From the NCBI GenBank assembly GCA_016209705.1, contig JACQVR010000021.1:24010-88009 (forward strand): a stretch of DNA of 64,000 nt, read 5' to 3'. A program made the position numbers and the translations under genes. Shown one piece after another: positions 1 through 8,886 of the stretch. The notes beneath the pieces were generated by a model. It saw only the letters and a list, made by a program, of their open reading frames with translations, was not told where the DNA came from and did not search any database. The stretch comes from Planctomycetota bacterium. Lineage in GTDB: Bacteria; Planctomycetota; MHYJ01; JACPRB01. How positions within the stretch are numbered: the stretch's first letter is position 1; the number at the start of each line of letters is the position of its first letter.

Positions 1-1505
1 GTCAGGATGAGACAAAGCGACGCCACAATGGAGTCCTTGCCGAAATGAAGCAGAGAGGCGATACGCACCGGCAAGGTCATCGTCCCGGGAGGATTGACCA
101 GGACGGACGCCGAGAGCTCCCCCAGGCAGAAGAGGAACGAAATCGTCGCCGCGGCCCCGAGCCCCGGCCAGATGAGCGGACCCACGATGCGCAAGCCGGT
201 GCGGACCGGCCCCGCTCCCGACACGGCCGCCGCCTGAAGCAGGTTCCGCCGCACCGCCGCCAGCGCCGCCGCGAGGATCAGCGCCGGAAACGCCATGTAG
301 CGCGCCGCCGCGGCGTACGCGACGATTCCCGGTCCGGGGTAGAGCGAAGAGACGGGCCACACCTCCCGCGTCACGTAGAAGAGGATCCCGAGGCCCACCG
401 CCGTCCCCGGCACGATGAGCGGAACGATGACCAGCGCCTCCGCGACGTGGCGGGCCGCGCGCCCCAGCCCGCGGTAGGCGGCGGCGAACAGGAGGCCGCC
501 CGCCACCAGGAAGATCATTCCGAGGAGCGAAACGCGCAGGCTCGTGAGAAGCTGGTCGCCGGCGGTTCGAAGCGACTCCGCGTAATCGCCTCCCGCCGTC
601 ACCGCCAGGAACGCGACCGGAAGCAGCGTGGAAAGGGCGATGGCCAGCAGCGCGATTCCCATCACGGGTCGGGGCACGTTTCCATGGACCGGCCTGGCTG
701 AGCTGCCGAGCGTTTCATACGGCCTCGCCCGCAGCAACGCCTGGCGGGCGACGAAGATGGCGGCGACCAGCACGACCGGCGGGACGGCGGTCGCGATGGC
801 CCGCTTGACGTCGAAGTAGGCGCTGAATTCGGTGAACACCTCGATCGGATAGACGTTGACCATGAGCGCCGACGGCACGCCGAAGTCGGAAAACGAAAGG
901 AGGAACACGAGCATTCCTCCGCTGGCCAGATAAGGGGTCAAGAGCGGCCGCCAGATGTGCCACGCGCGGCGCCAGGGCCCGGCGGCCAGGCACGCGGCGC
1001 GGTCGGTGCCCGGATCGATCGAACGGAACCCTTGCGCGGCCAGGATGGAGACGCACGGGAAGTAGGAGAGCGACATGACGAACGCGGCGCCCAGCGGCGA
1101 GTAGATGTTGATCGGCGCCTGCCGCAATCCGAATGCGGACTTGAGCAGATTCGTCATGACGCCGTTCTGGCCCAGGAAGAAAATCCACCCCATGACGACG
1201 ACGATGGAGGGCAGGAGCAGCGGAAGCACCGAGAGCGTTTCCAGCGTCGCGCCGGCGGCGCCGCGGAGCCGCGCGACCGTCCAGCCGACGGCGACGCCCC
1301 AGACGAGCGCGAGCAGCGTCGCGACCGACGAAACGGCGACGCTTCGAAGCAGCAAGGTCCACTGGCGTTCCTCGCGCAGGACGTTGGAATAGGCGTCGAG
1401 CGAGAATCCCTCTTCGCCGCGCAGGGAGTCGTACAGCATCGCCAGCGCCGGCGCGAGGCAGGCCAGGACGACCAGCGCCACGACGGCGCGCCCGACGGCC
1501 TTCAC
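1..1505 (-). CDS. Fe(III)/thiamine-type ABC transporter permease (FbpB-like), 3' end truncated by window edge
   Basis: Read manually on the minus strand. GTG start overlaps the SBP stop (GTGA at 1502-1505). Highly hydrophobic MKAVGRAVVALVVLACLAPALAML..., with an SFSDFGVPSAL motif and EAA-like loops. Frame runs off position 1. Confidence 0.85.
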   Translation of the reverse strand, partial: MKAVGRAVVALVVLACLAPALAMLYDSLRGEEGFSLDAYSNVLREERQWTLLLRSVAVSSVATLLALVWGVAVGWTVARLRGAAGATLETLSVLPLLLPSIVVVMGWIFFLGQNGVMTNLLKSAFGLRQAPINIYSPLGAAFVMSLSYFPCVSILAAQGFRSIDPGTDRAACLAAGPWRRAWHIWRPLLTPYLASGGMLVFLLSFSDFGVPSALMVNVYPIEVFTEFSAYFDVKRAIATAVPPVVLVAAIFVARQALLRARPYETLGSSARPVHGNVPRPVMGIALLAIALSTLLPVAFLAVTAGGDYAESLRTAGDQLLTSLRVSLLGMIFLVAGGLLFAAAYRGLGRAARHVAEALVIVPLIVPGTAVGLGILFYVTREVWPVSSLYPGPGIVAYAAAARYMAFPALILAAALAAVRRNLLQAAAVSGAGPVRTGLRIVGPLIWPGLGAAATISFLFCLGELSASVLVNPPGTMTLPVRIASLLHFGKDSIVASLCLIL

Positions 1506-2506
1506 CGGAGAAAAGTCTCCTGAACGAACTTCGTGCTTTCCGGCACGATCTCCGCCGCCTTCATCCAGTCGGCCCGCATGGCGTTGATCTTCGAAAGATC
1601 GAAGCGTTCGCTGTAAGGGGAAATGCCATCGCGCAGCGGCATCTGCGCCGATTCGAGCTTCGCCAGGCGTTCTTCGACGCTCCTCGACGCGAGGTAATCC
1701 ACGAGCTTTCTTCCGGCGTCCGGATGAGGAGCGTTCTTGATGAGCATCACGGTATTGGGAATGACGAGCGTGCCGATTCCATCCGCGTCGGGATAGACCA
1801 TCTCGACGGGCTTGTTCTTGAGGAACGCCCCGTTGGCGTCGTCGGTATCGGTGAGGCAGATGGCGATTTCCCCATTCATGACCAGGTTGCGGGCGAACGC
1901 GTTGCCGACGACGATCCGGACGTCGTTGGCCTTGAGATCGACAAGCCATTGCTTCACCTTCTCGGCGCCGAGCGCCGCGAAGAGCGCGGCGACATGCGTC
2001 GAGGTTGTCCCGAACAAGGGCTTGGCGATCGCGACCCGGCCTTTGTACCTGGGTTGAGTCAGGTCGAAGATCGACTTCGGGGCTTCCTCCGGCTTGACGA
2101 GGTCCGTGTTATAGAGGATGACGCGCGCCCGCGCGGCGAACCCCACCCAGCGCTTTTCCGGATCGCGGAACGCGGCCGGAATGTCCTCCGCCCCGGCGGG
2201 CGCGTAGGGCTCCAGAAGGCCCATGTTCGCCAGGCGCACGGAGTTCATGACCTCGTTGTTCCAGAAGACGTCCGCTTCCGGCTTGTTCTTCATCTGGATG
2301 AGGCGGTTCACCAACCCCGTGGTCTTGGTGGCTTCCGTGTCGCCGACGATCCGCACCTGGATGCCGGTCCGCTTTTCAAAGTCTTTCAAGACCGGCTCGG
2401 AGAACATGAGATCGTGCGCCGTGTAGATCACCACGACGTCGCCTTCCGGTTCGGAGGTGCAGGCGCAGAGCAGACAAAGTGACGAAATCCAGGCGATCCG
2501 CGTCAA
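1502..2506 (-). CDS. ABC transporter extracellular solute-binding lipoprotein (iron(III)-type)
   Basis: TTG start overlaps the cytochrome stop (TTGA). Lipobox-like LLCAC. Motifs VVIYTAHD, DTEATKTTGLVNRL, ADVFWNNE and AARARVILYN are typical of FbpA/SBP_bac_6 proteins. Confidence 0.85.
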   Translation of the reverse strand: MTRIAWISSLCLLCACTSEPEGDVVVIYTAHDLMFSEPVLKDFEKRTGIQVRIVGDTEATKTTGLVNRLIQMKNKPEADVFWNNEVMNSVRLANMGLLEPYAPAGAEDIPAAFRDPEKRWVGFAARARVILYNTDLVKPEEAPKSIFDLTQPRYKGRVAIAKPLFGTTSTHVAALFAALGAEKVKQWLVDLKANDVRIVVGNAFARNLVMNGEIAICLTDTDDANGAFLKNKPVEMVYPDADGIGTLVIPNTVMLIKNAPHPDAGRKLVDYLASRSVEERLAKLESAQMPLRDGISPYSERFDLSKINAMRADWMKAAEIVPESTKFVQETFLR

Positions 2507-3564
2507 AATTCGATCTCCTTTTCGTGAACCAGCTTGGCCCAGTCGTCCATCTCGAGGAACAGGAACTTGTATCTCACCTCCACGCGAACCTTTCCGTGCT
2601 CGATCGGAAGATCGTAGGTGTAGGCGCGCGTCTCGCCCGGCTTGATCTGCGTCGATGTCTCCGTGGCCCGTTGCTCGCGCTTGACCGTCTTGATGGATTC
2701 CCGATGGGGTTCGTCCAAAGCCTGATTCCCTTCCTTGTCGTAAATCCAGGTCCTCACGAACATCTCGCGATTGAAGATCTCGCCGGGCACGTTGTGTCCG
2801 GTGCCGTCGTTGGCGAGCGTGATCCGGATCTTGCCGCCGTCGACTTTGACGTCGAGCGTGACGGATTCCTTCAGCATCGTGATGTCCCGCTGGGTGCGCA
2901 TCTTGTGGCTGCGCGCTTTGCGGACCGGGCCGCCGGTGGAGGAGGCGCGTTCCACCTCGGGCATGTGGCACGTTTGGCACGTGGTCCCTTTTTTCGACCA
3001 TTCCGAAGCGAGCCATTCGTCATACGTTCCGTGGGGCGCGTGGCAGGAGTTGCAGATCCTGGAATCCGTGAACGTCTTGTTGTGCACCGGATTGCAGGCC
3101 GCTTCGGCCGTCGGGAGCGGCCCTTCGACATGGTCCACGTTCTGGTGGCATTCGATGCAGCCGACTCCTTCCTCGTAGCGTGCCGTGCGGATGATCGGGA
3201 GCTTCTCGAAGCCGACTTCGAGAACAGGTTCTGGCGCGTGGCAGTTGTTGCACTCGGTGCGCTTGGGATCCTGCGGCAGGAACGGCGTGTTGAACCACGC
3301 TTGCGAGTGCTGATCCGCCTTCCATTCTTCCCAGATTTCGAGGTGGCAGTCCCGGCAATCGGCGTTGGACTTGAACGTGTACGGAGATTTCTTCACGGCC
3401 GCCGTCCGCCGGGGCGGCGGTTCGGCGGGCCGGGAGGGAGCAGGCGGCCGAAGCGGTTCGCGGGCGAGCTTACGCACGAGCAGAATGCCGCCGGCCAAGC
3501 CGGCGGCGGTCAGGACGATCAACGCGATCCGCGCGACGTCCCCCATTCCGGCGTTTGGGCGCAT
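2503..3564 (-). CDS. Membrane-anchored pentaheme c-type cytochrome (c554/c552-like) with C-terminal beta-rich domain
   Basis: Five CxxCH motifs (CRDCH, CNNCH, CIECH, CNSCH, CQTCH) and an N-terminal TM helix. Start is 3564 or 3546. Confidence 0.85.
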   Translation of the reverse strand: MRPNAGMGDVARIALIVLTAAGLAGGILLVRKLAREPLRPPAPSRPAEPPPRRTAAVKKSPYTFKSNADCRDCHLEIWEEWKADQHSQAWFNTPFLPQDPKRTECNNCHAPEPVLEVGFEKLPIIRTARYEEGVGCIECHQNVDHVEGPLPTAEAACNPVHNKTFTDSRICNSCHAPHGTYDEWLASEWSKKGTTCQTCHMPEVERASSTGGPVRKARSHKMRTQRDITMLKESVTLDVKVDGGKIRITLANDGTGHNVPGEIFNREMFVRTWIYDKEGNQALDEPHRESIKTVKREQRATETSTQIKPGETRAYTYDLPIEHGKVRVEVRYKFLFLEMDDWAKLVHEKEIEF

Positions 3565-3567
3565 CGT

Positions 3568-3642
3568 GTCTATAGTCCATGGTCCAGAGTCCATAGTCCA
3601 GAGTCGATGCGAATCGAGAGGCCGACTTAGGACTGTGGACTT
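3568..3642. repeat. Heptamer tandem repeat (AGTCCAN)n with inverted partner
   Basis: tatagtccat-ggtccag-agtccat-agtccag-agtc ... gacttag-gactgtg-gactt. Confidence 0.7.
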
Positions 3643-3688
3643 GATGATGAGACACTGGCGGCGCGATTCCGGTACGGCCTTGTGCCTG

Positions 3689-4108
3689 CTATCTGCCCAG
3701 GACTTCGATTCCCAAAGACCTCGCGCCCCGAAGGAGATCGACGTCCAGGGACGCCAGCGGAATCCCGCGGCGGATCGCCAGTTCAAGATAGGCGGCATCG
3801 TAGCTCGTCAAGCCATGCCGCCGGCACAGCGGAAGAACGTGAGAGAAGACGCGCTCTGAAGTCTCCCCATCGACTTCGATGTCCAGCATTTCGAGCAAGG
3901 AGAGAAACTGTCCGGACTTCGCAGGCGTGATTCGCCGATGCTTCTCGGCCAGCGCCAGGACGTTCGCGACTTCGAGCGGCCAGTGCGAGGGAACCACCGC
4001 CCCCTGATGCTCCAAGCGCTCTTGGATCCGATGCGATGGGGGCGTGGCCTCATCGGCAAAGCACCAGGCCATCGTCATGGAGCCGTCGATGACGAACGCC
4101 GCGGTCAT
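3689..4108 (-). CDS. vapC: VapC-family PIN-domain toxin
   Basis: FVIDGS..AWCF.DE, VPSHWPLEVANVL, LTSYDAAYLELA and LASLD motifs. Overlaps the antitoxin stop. Confidence 0.9.
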   Translation of the reverse strand: MTAAFVIDGSMTMAWCFADEATPPSHRIQERLEHQGAVVPSHWPLEVANVLALAEKHRRITPAKSGQFLSLLEMLDIEVDGETSERVFSHVLPLCRRHGLTSYDAAYLELAIRRGIPLASLDVDLLRGARSLGIEVLGR

Positions 4109-4359
4109 CGGCGACCCGCGGAAACGAGGTCTTTGACCCGAAGGCCGCGGAGGCGGTTGCCCTTGGCCAATTCACGCATCGCCAGGATCGCGGCGCGGCG
4201 CGCCTCCCGAGAACGCTTCGGCCGCACCGGCACCAGCCGGGCTACGGGAGCGCCGTGGCGGGTGATCGTGATCTCTTCGCCTTTCTCGACCCTTTCGAGC
4301 AACTCGGACAGATGCGTCTTGGCGTCGTACGCACCCACCGTTCCGCCGTGGGATGTCAT
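4105..4359 (-). CDS. Phd/YefM (prevent-host-death) family antitoxin
   Basis: VGAYDAKTHLSELLERVEKGEEITITRHGAPVARLVP. Confidence 0.92.
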   Translation of the reverse strand: MTSHGGTVGAYDAKTHLSELLERVEKGEEITITRHGAPVARLVPVRPKRSREARRAAILAMRELAKGNRLRGLRVKDLVSAGRR

Positions 4360-4371
4360 TCTGGATCCCTT

Positions 4372-4417
4372 TAGACCAGTCTACGACTAGTATAAACGCA
4401 GAGCTACTTTTTTCCAA
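4372..4417 (-). promoter_or_regulatory. Sigma70-type promoter and probable autoregulatory operator of phd-vapC
   Basis: Minus strand TTGGAA-17bp-TATACT followed by the imperfect palindrome TAGTCGTAGACTGGTCTA. Confidence 0.55.
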
Positions 4418-4453
4418 ACACATGTATGGCATGCTGCAGCGGCGGCACTTGGG

Positions 4454-4680
4454 TCATTCTTTGGGGACATGCTTGCGGAGAAAGTCACGCGGCGTCAGGA
4501 TGTCGATGCCCTCGAACCGGACCAGCGGCAGGAGGTCTTGGCGGTCGCCCGTAATCAGGACGTCGGCTTTCACGTCCACCGCGCAGTCCAGGATCCGGTT
4601 GTCGGAGTCCTTGCGCCGGACGACGTGCACCTTCCGCGGGGGATCCACGAAAAAGAGGGTCCTTTTAAGGCGAAAAACTT
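4454..4680 (-). pseudogene. C-terminal remnant of a PIN-family (TIGR00305-like) toxin
   Basis: DSDNRILDCAVDVKADVLITGDRQDLLPL..FEGIDILTPRDFL. The N-terminal half is missing and the fragment abuts a palindromic repeat. Confidence 0.7.
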
Positions 4681-4681
4681 G

Positions 4682-4756
4682 AACCGCCAAAGCGCCAAAT
4701 CGCCCAAAAGACCCCAAACAAACTGCCGGTGGCGCTTTGGCGTTTTAGCGGTTCAT
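4682..4756. repeat. Palindromic AACCGCCAA...TTGGCGGTT intergenic element
   Basis: aaccgccaaagcgccaaatcgcc...ggcgctttggcgttttagcggtt. A related copy lies at 17832-17906. Confidence 0.7.
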
Positions 4757-4803
4757 CCAAGAAATAGAGCGACTATTTCCTGTCAGATCCTTACGCCGGC
4801 GCG

Positions 4804-6162
4804 CTAGCACAGCAGCCTCTCGACCGGACCCAGCGATTCGCGGGCGCACACGACCAGAAGCTCGTCCCCCGGTTGTAGGACCGTCGTCCCCGAGGCGATG
4901 ATGGCTTCGCCGCCCCGCACCACGGCCCCGACGAGCACGCTGGGAGGGAAAGGGATGTCCTTGAGCGGCTTTTCGAACAAGTCGGCGTTCACGGGTTTCT
5001 CCGGGATCTTGAACTCGAGGACCTCCGCTTCGTGATCGCCCAGAAGCAGCGTCGCCTCGACCTTCCCCCGGCGCACGTGCCTGAGGATGGCATTGATCAT
5101 CGCGCGATTCGGGCTCAGGACGGCGTCCACGCCCAGCTTGTGCGCCAGGGGAACGTACCCGGATTCGTCGCATCGGACGATGACCTTTCGCGCCCCCAGG
5201 GACTTGGCGAAAATCCCGATCAGCACGGACATCTCGGCGTCTTTCAGGAGCACGACGACGGCGTCGATTTCCCGTTCCTCGATCCGGCCGCGGAGGAAGT
5301 CCGGGTCGGAACCGTCGCCATGAATGATCAGCGATCGAGGGAGCAGGCCGGCGACCAGCTCCGCGCGCTCGCGGTCCGCTTCGATGATCGTCGGCGTGAG
5401 ATTCTGAGCCTCCAACTCGCGGGCCACGGCCAGACCGCTGTTCCCGCAGCCCACGATCAGGACCCGCCGCACGAAGGACCACGGTTGCCCGGAGAGAATC
5501 GCCAGTTCCGCCACGTTGCCCGGCAGCGTCATGACGAACGCCCGGTCGTCCGCCTGGAGGCGGTCCGACCCCGTCGGGATGCGCAGGCCGTCGTGCCCCT
5601 GCACCGCGACGATGAGGAAATCCTTGGCAAAGTCGCGGCGGACGGAGGCGAGCGTCTCATGGACCAGCGGAGAGTCGGCCCCCAAGGCCATCCCGACGAG
5701 CACCACCTTGCCGCCCGCCAACTCGCGCACTTCGCCGCTTCCGACATAGCGAAGCGTATGGATCGTTTCCGTCGCGATCTCCCGCCGAGGGCTGATGAGG
5801 GCCTCAAGACCGAGCTCGTCCGCGCTGAGCGCGGGGTCGCCGGGAGCTTGCCAGGCCCAGCGCACGCGGGCCACGGTCCGGAGCCCCTCTTTTCCGCGCT
5901 TGCGGCCGGTCATGCACGCGATCAGGTTCACCTCGTCGCTGCCCGTGAGGGCCAGGAAAAGATCCGCCTGCTCGAGGCCCGCGCGCTGAAGCACGGCCGG
6001 GTTGACCCCGGAGCCGGGTACCACCAAGGCGTTCATGGACGCGTCCAGGCGGCGCGCCAGGTCCTCGTCCGCTTCGATGACCGCGACGTCGTGCCCTTCC
6101 TCGACCAGGACGCGCGCCACGTAGCTGCCGACTTCTCCCCCGCCGACGATGACGACGTACAT
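4804..6162 (-). CDS. trkA: Trk potassium uptake regulatory subunit TrkA
   Basis: Two RCK_N Rossmann motifs (GGGEVG, GCGNSG) plus two RCK_C domains; 452 aa. Confidence 0.93.
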   Translation of the reverse strand: MYVVIVGGGEVGSYVARVLVEEGHDVAVIEADEDLARRLDASMNALVVPGSGVNPAVLQRAGLEQADLFLALTGSDEVNLIACMTGRKRGKEGLRTVARVRWAWQAPGDPALSADELGLEALISPRREIATETIHTLRYVGSGEVRELAGGKVVLVGMALGADSPLVHETLASVRRDFAKDFLIVAVQGHDGLRIPTGSDRLQADDRAFVMTLPGNVAELAILSGQPWSFVRRVLIVGCGNSGLAVARELEAQNLTPTIIEADRERAELVAGLLPRSLIIHGDGSDPDFLRGRIEEREIDAVVVLLKDAEMSVLIGIFAKSLGARKVIVRCDESGYVPLAHKLGVDAVLSPNRAMINAILRHVRRGKVEATLLLGDHEAEVLEFKIPEKPVNADLFEKPLKDIPFPPSVLVGAVVRGGEAIIASGTTVLQPGDELLVVCARESLGPVERLLC

Positions 6163-6166
6163 GAAA

Positions 6167-7795
6167 TCAACGCCTCCCTCTTCTCGAGAACGGCGCCGTG
6201 AGCAGGACGATCACGGGAAAGATTTCCAACCGGCCCACCCACATCTGGAAGATGAACAGCAGCTCGACCGACACCGGCATTCCCGGGTCGGTGACGCCCG
6301 TCGACAAGCCCACCGTGCTCTGCGCCGAAACGCATTCGAAGATGATGTCGGCGAGCCTGATGTCGGAGCCCAATTGATGGGCGGCCACCAGCACCGCGCC
6401 GCTCAGGATGATGAGGTAGAAGCAAGAGAAGATCGCCGCCTCCGCCACCTCCCGCTGCATGGCGCTGGTGGCCAGGCTTCGTTCGCCGATCCGGAAGGGG
6501 ATGACCGCGTCGCCGGGCAGGAAGACTTTGCGGATCCGCCAGGCGATGGCGCGCAAGAAGAGATAGGCGCGGACCAGCTTGATCCCGCCGACCGTCGCCC
6601 CCGCCGAACCGCCGACGATCATCGCTCCCCAGGCCAACAGCAGCACCGCGGAGTTGCCCCAGCCGGCGATATTCGAAGTCTGCCATCCCGTGGTGGAGAC
6701 GCCGCTGACCACCTGAAAGATTCCTTCGCGAAGAGAGTCGGATACGGCCGGCGTGCCTTGAAGCAAAAGAACCAACACGGGAATCGCGGTCCCGAACAAC
6801 AGGATCATGAAACGGAACTGCGGGTCTTTCCAGAACACGTTCACCTTCCGCGTCCGCAGGAAGGCGTAATAAAGCGGGATGGAGATGGCGCCGAGGATCA
6901 TCGGCGGAATATGGACCAGATCCATGGCGTAGGACCGGTATCCCGCGATGCTGTCGTCGAGCGTGCTGAATCCTCCGGTAGATTGGGCCGTCATGGCGTG
7001 ATTGACGGCGTCGAAGAGGCTGGCCGCCCAGCCGTAGTCGGGCAGAATGAGGAGGGTCATGAGAAACAAATAGACCGTCACGAGGAGCGTCATCGCGGCG
7101 TAGATTTTCCATATGGCCCTGGCCGTCCCCAGCACGCTCGGCCGGAGTTTCATCCCCGCGGTTTCCGATTGATACAGCTCCAACTCGCCGACGACATGCG
7201 GGCGGGGAATGATCGCCAGCGAAAGAACGACGACGCCCGCTCCTCCGATCCACTGGCCCAGAGAGCGGTAAAAGAGCAATCCGTGCCCGATGGAGGGTTC
7301 GTGGACCGCCATGGTCAAACCGGTGGTGGTGAAGGCGCTCATGCTCTCGAAGAACGCGTGAAGGGGGTTTCTGAAATGGACGAGGCTTGAAGCATAACGC
7401 TCGCCCGCCGGGACGAACGCTTGCGCGACCTCGGGCGGCGTCCAGTACGCCGCGAGCAGGAACGGGAGGGCGCCGAAGCCGGCGCTGATGAGCCATCCGA
7501 GGGCCGCGATCAGCATCGCGTGACGGCGCGTCGGATCTCCCGCCTCGCGGCAGGCACGGTACGCCGACACGCCGAACCCGGCGGTCACCGCCGCCGTGAC
7601 CAGGAAGCTCAGCGCGCTGTAGATCTCTCCGTAGAGCAGGGAAACCAGGAGCGGGAGGAGGAGGAAGCCTCCCAACAGGACCTGCAAGGCGCCCACGTCC
7701 CGCATGACGATCCGGAAGTCCGAGCCGGCTCGGTCTCCCGAAACGCGAAGGTCCATGAAGACCGGCTTGTCGGCGAGCGGGGAGGGCGCTCCCAT
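6167..7795 (-). CDS. trkH: Trk potassium uptake membrane subunit TrkH
   Basis: FESMSAFTTTGL, QWIGGAG, STGGFS, STTG, GGSAGATVGGIK, STVGLS and MWVGRLE motifs. Confidence 0.93.
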   Translation of the reverse strand: MGAPSPLADKPVFMDLRVSGDRAGSDFRIVMRDVGALQVLLGGFLLLPLLVSLLYGEIYSALSFLVTAAVTAGFGVSAYRACREAGDPTRRHAMLIAALGWLISAGFGALPFLLAAYWTPPEVAQAFVPAGERYASSLVHFRNPLHAFFESMSAFTTTGLTMAVHEPSIGHGLLFYRSLGQWIGGAGVVVLSLAIIPRPHVVGELELYQSETAGMKLRPSVLGTARAIWKIYAAMTLLVTVYLFLMTLLILPDYGWAASLFDAVNHAMTAQSTGGFSTLDDSIAGYRSYAMDLVHIPPMILGAISIPLYYAFLRTRKVNVFWKDPQFRFMILLFGTAIPVLVLLLQGTPAVSDSLREGIFQVVSGVSTTGWQTSNIAGWGNSAVLLLAWGAMIVGGSAGATVGGIKLVRAYLFLRAIAWRIRKVFLPGDAVIPFRIGERSLATSAMQREVAEAAIFSCFYLIILSGAVLVAAHQLGSDIRLADIIFECVSAQSTVGLSTGVTDPGMPVSVELLFIFQMWVGRLEIFPVIVLLTAPFSRRGRR

Positions 7796-7797
7796 CC

Positions 7798-8256
7798 CTA
7801 TTTACTGTCCTCCTCCTGGATGATCTGATGCATGTCGTCGGCCGTTTTCGCCGCCATGAGCTTTTCGCGAAAGCTCGCGGTTTTGAAGACATGGCTGAAC
7901 CGGGCCAGGAGCTTCAGGTAATCGCCCTTCGAATTCGCGGGCGCGACCACCGCCAGGAAGAAATGCGTCGGCCGCCCGTCCGCCGATCCGAAATCAACCC
8001 CTTTGCGTGAACGCCCCAGGCAGACAGCAATTTTCCCGACGGAGTTGAGCTTGCCGTGCGGAACGGCAATGCCCTCGTTGATCGCCGTGGATCCCTGCTG
8101 CTCGCGATCGGCGAGGATGCGCGCGATCACTTCCTTGTCCACGCCTCCGAGCTGCTCCGCCAGAGGCTCGGCCAGCTCCCGGATGACCTCATTTTTCCGC
8201 CCCGCGCGAATCGCGGGGAAGATGAATTCCTTTCGTAAAATGTCTGCAAGCCTCAT
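7798..8256 (-). CDS. PTS EIIA-domain protein (Ntr/fructose type)
   Basis: DREQQGSTAINEGIAVPHGK with intact phospho-His, and GVDFGSADG. Confidence 0.9.
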   Translation of the reverse strand: MRLADILRKEFIFPAIRAGRKNEVIRELAEPLAEQLGGVDKEVIARILADREQQGSTAINEGIAVPHGKLNSVGKIAVCLGRSRKGVDFGSADGRPTHFFLAVVAPANSKGDYLKLLARFSHVFKTASFREKLMAAKTADDMHQIIQEEDSK

Positions 8257-8285
8257 CGGAGGATTTCCTCGGCTAGGAGCGTGTC

Positions 8286-8390
8286 GAGATATTCAAGGGG
8301 ATGTAGAGATATAGGGGATGCAGGTGATAAGTCCCCCAAGGTGTGGTATGGCACATCTCCATATCTCCAAATATCCCGACAATCTTCTAG
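8286..8390. repeat. Octamer-type (GGAGATRT / ATCTCC) inverted repeat element
   Basis: gagatattcaaggggatgtagagatataggggatg ... catctccatatctccaaatatcccg. Confidence 0.6.
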
Positions 8391-8532
8391 CTGGAATGGG
8401 GTGGCGGCGATGTGGAGGCTCCGCGGGCGGCGGTTCGGCGTCCCTGTCGGCATGGCGACCCATCTGGTTCCTTTCCGCCCAAGATCTAAACGCTCCGGCT
8501 TGAAAATGGCCGGGCGGGAACCATCCGGCACA

Positions 8533-8755
8533 GAGCCTACGGGGTTAGCTGGCGGGCCTTCGCCACGCCGGAGCGGCCGTGACGAAGACTCGGCCTGCGG
8601 GCATTCACTTTGCGGCTTGTTGCCGCCTCGGCTACGGCCGCGCAGGCGGGTTCGGGCTCCCGGATGGCCCTACCCGGCCCTTTGACGGAAAGGGCGAGGA
8701 TTCACCCCTTTAGGTGGGTCCCCCGTTCCCTCCTATCAGGAAGGGATTCGGCGTT
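8533..8755 (-). ncRNA. c-di-AMP (ydaO/yuaA) riboswitch containing a 94-bp insertion
   Basis: Minus strand CGCCGAAUCC..GGAACGGGGGACCCA..GGGGUGAAUCC..GGUAGGG..GCCCGAACCCGCC[insert]AGCUAACCCCGUAGGC matches the ydaO consensus as I recall it. It lies upstream of K+ transport genes. Confidence 0.88.
8557..8650. mobile_element. 94-bp REP/MITE-like insertion inside the riboswitch
   Basis: Flanked by GGCGGG at 8551-8556 and 8645-8650. Removing it restores the canonical riboswitch 3' strand. Confidence 0.7.
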
Positions 8756-8765
8756 GGTAACCCGT

Positions 8766-8794
8766 ATCATATCTTTTCTACCCCCCGAAATCAA
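8766..8794 (-). promoter_or_regulatory. Sigma70-type promoter for the riboswitch-trk operon
   Basis: TTGATT-17bp-TATGAT on the minus strand, about 10 nt before the riboswitch 5' end. Confidence 0.6.
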
Positions 8795-8886
8795 GACGGG
8801 CGACGACCCAGCCATAACATATTGCAATAAAGAAGGTTGTGTTATAAATTCGCCCGGCTTGAGCCGTAGCGGAGTTCGTCCCGTAA

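Noticed and set aside
45-1523. Track ORFs 45..701(+), 715..1362(-) and 957..1523(+)
   Set aside because: Shadows of the ABC permease, which the track missed because it runs off the window edge.
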